From assembly GCF_037042905.1 (NCBI RefSeq), contig NC_087250.1, positions 24,368,001 to 24,432,000 of the forward strand: DNA of 64,000 nt, in the 5' to 3' direction. Shown piece by piece: positions 62,301 through 64,000 of this stretch. The first letter of the stretch is position 1. Each line of letters begins with the position of its first letter. Position numbers and translations under genes: made by a program. The stretch comes from Lytechinus pictus (lineage: Eukaryota). The notes below the pieces were generated by a model. That model was given only the letters and a program-made list of their open reading frames with translations. It had not been told where the DNA came from and made no database searches.

Positions 62301-64000
62301 ATCATACTAAGCTCTTAATGCTATGCAGGCAATCGCGTAATTTTCTATGAATATATACACAACAAAAAAAGTAAGTCCCCCCTAAGTCAAAATGCTGTAA
62401 CTTTCGAACGGAATAATTTTGAGACATAATATTTCGTAGGTGATTTTTTACACTCATTAGGCAACTCCTGGGGGAAAATGAGATTGATCGATTGGGTCAT
62501 GCATGAGTAATCAAAGACTAAATAAAAAATGACAATTTTTGAAAGTCACAGGAGTCGTTTTTCAGATTGTGTAAATACAAAGTTGGGCAAAGGTTGTTTT
62601 TTGGTGAATTTTATGGCAATAATGTTGTTTTACTATCCATCGTTTAGCCACTCCACACAAAATGTTGATAACGTATGTTCATGGTTGAGTGAGCACATTG
62701 TTTTTGTGATGACGCATCCTCTCATATGGGTTTATGGTAGTATCCTTTGTAACTTGTTAAAACATGTTAAAATCGGAAAATGTTAGTGGCTCCCTTCCCC
62801 CAATTTCTCGACACCTCCCCACTCTCAAATTCTGGATCCACCACTTGTTTTTCTATAAATTCAACTGATCCGGAAAATTGTTAGGAAAAGAATACATTTA
62901 TGCAGTAAATTGAGTATTAATTCCCAAGTTTTCGAGTGTGCTCACTCAACCATGACAGTGTAAAAGTTCGGAAAGTGTGTGGTGATAAAAATGATGGTTG
63001 ATAAAAACAACACGAATTATTAAAAAGTTACACCTGAAACCGAATTTGCCCCCATTATTCACTTTATAACCCCTAAAAATGAGTCTGTGACATTAAGAAT
63101 GCCCCCTTTCCCCCTTTGAGGCGTGCTCACTCATCCATAAACAAACAAATCGATTTCATTTTTGCATAGAATTCTGCCCAAAGGTTGATAAACATTACTG
63201 CCAAATGATGGTGCTAAAGATAGCTTTGAAAAAAAGTTCCACCATATTGAATAGGGATTACTTATTCTCAAAAATATGCGCTCATAGTGTACACAATGTC
63301 TATGAGAGAGGAAGCCAAAATTTTAACAAAAGTGAAATAAGGGTTTGTTTCATAGACGGTTTTTGTTACTTCTGCCAATAATTTCTTCGCACATGGCTTC
63401 AGTATAACACTATCCAAAGGGCTCGCACACTCGAATAACCATTCGATACGGCACAGAGCGGGGCCAAGGCCTTGAACTTTCTTCTCATTTGCATAATTTT
63501 CGAATGTTGTGTGCTCACTGAAGCATTAAATATCGGGATTTTCATAAAAATCCAATTAAATTAACTTTTCAAGAAGGTTTGTGACAGATATCCATAGTTA
63601 GCAATTTCATTTTTTCCAATAACGTAAAAAAGAGCTTATCACATTCCACATGTTCATTCAAGCGTAAATGCTTAACTAAACGCCTTTGAATCATTGAAAC
63701 ATGTTAATTGGTCACGAACATCACGAAAAAGGTTGAGAAAATAATTTCAGTTACCAAATTGAAGAATTACTTGCCAATGATATTTGAAAATCGTATTTTT
63801 TGTTTCCATTACATGTTCATTGAGCCGTGAAATGATGAATATTGTTGAAAATACTCTTCCCCAAAATAATTGTCATCATGTTCGATCATTTTCATCGATA
63901 GAAATGTGTAAAAATTCCATTAATGGCAAATTTTGACTGTGTTTATTCAACCGTGAAATTTAGCAAAAAAAGTTGTATCGTCTTTAAGAAAGTACCTTTT

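Overview
AT-rich, repeat-dense, intron-containing animal genomic DNA. The repeat repertoire resembles a marine invertebrate such as a sea urchin, but that is an unverified impression. Two host genes are supportable. One is the last coding exon of a calponin/transgelin (myophilin-like) gene (3386-3601, +). The other is a multi-exon gene on the - strand (about 53316 to 39793) that the ORF track only partly shows. I reconstructed it by splice phase as a ZU5 - UPA-like - S/P-rich linker - death-domain protein (UNC5CL/PIDD-like architecture), with HFC at the position of the HFS autoproteolysis motif. The rest is mostly mobile DNA: a near-intact DD34E Tc1 transposon inside a three-level nest, several decayed LINEs (L2/CR1 group, RTE, an orphan ORF1), and many MITEs (Kolobok-, Tc1-, CACTG/CMC-, Harbinger-, hAT- and P-like). 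Non-coding highlights are a minimal type I hammerhead ribozyme in a Penelope-like pLTR with CCAAT/TATA boxes (1831-1882), and a DINE-1/Helentron-type element whose 5' end is tandemly triplicated with a tRNA-Thr(AGT)-derived Pol III-like cassette before each internal copy. Coordinates were read by eye; boundaries of decayed repeats are approximate.
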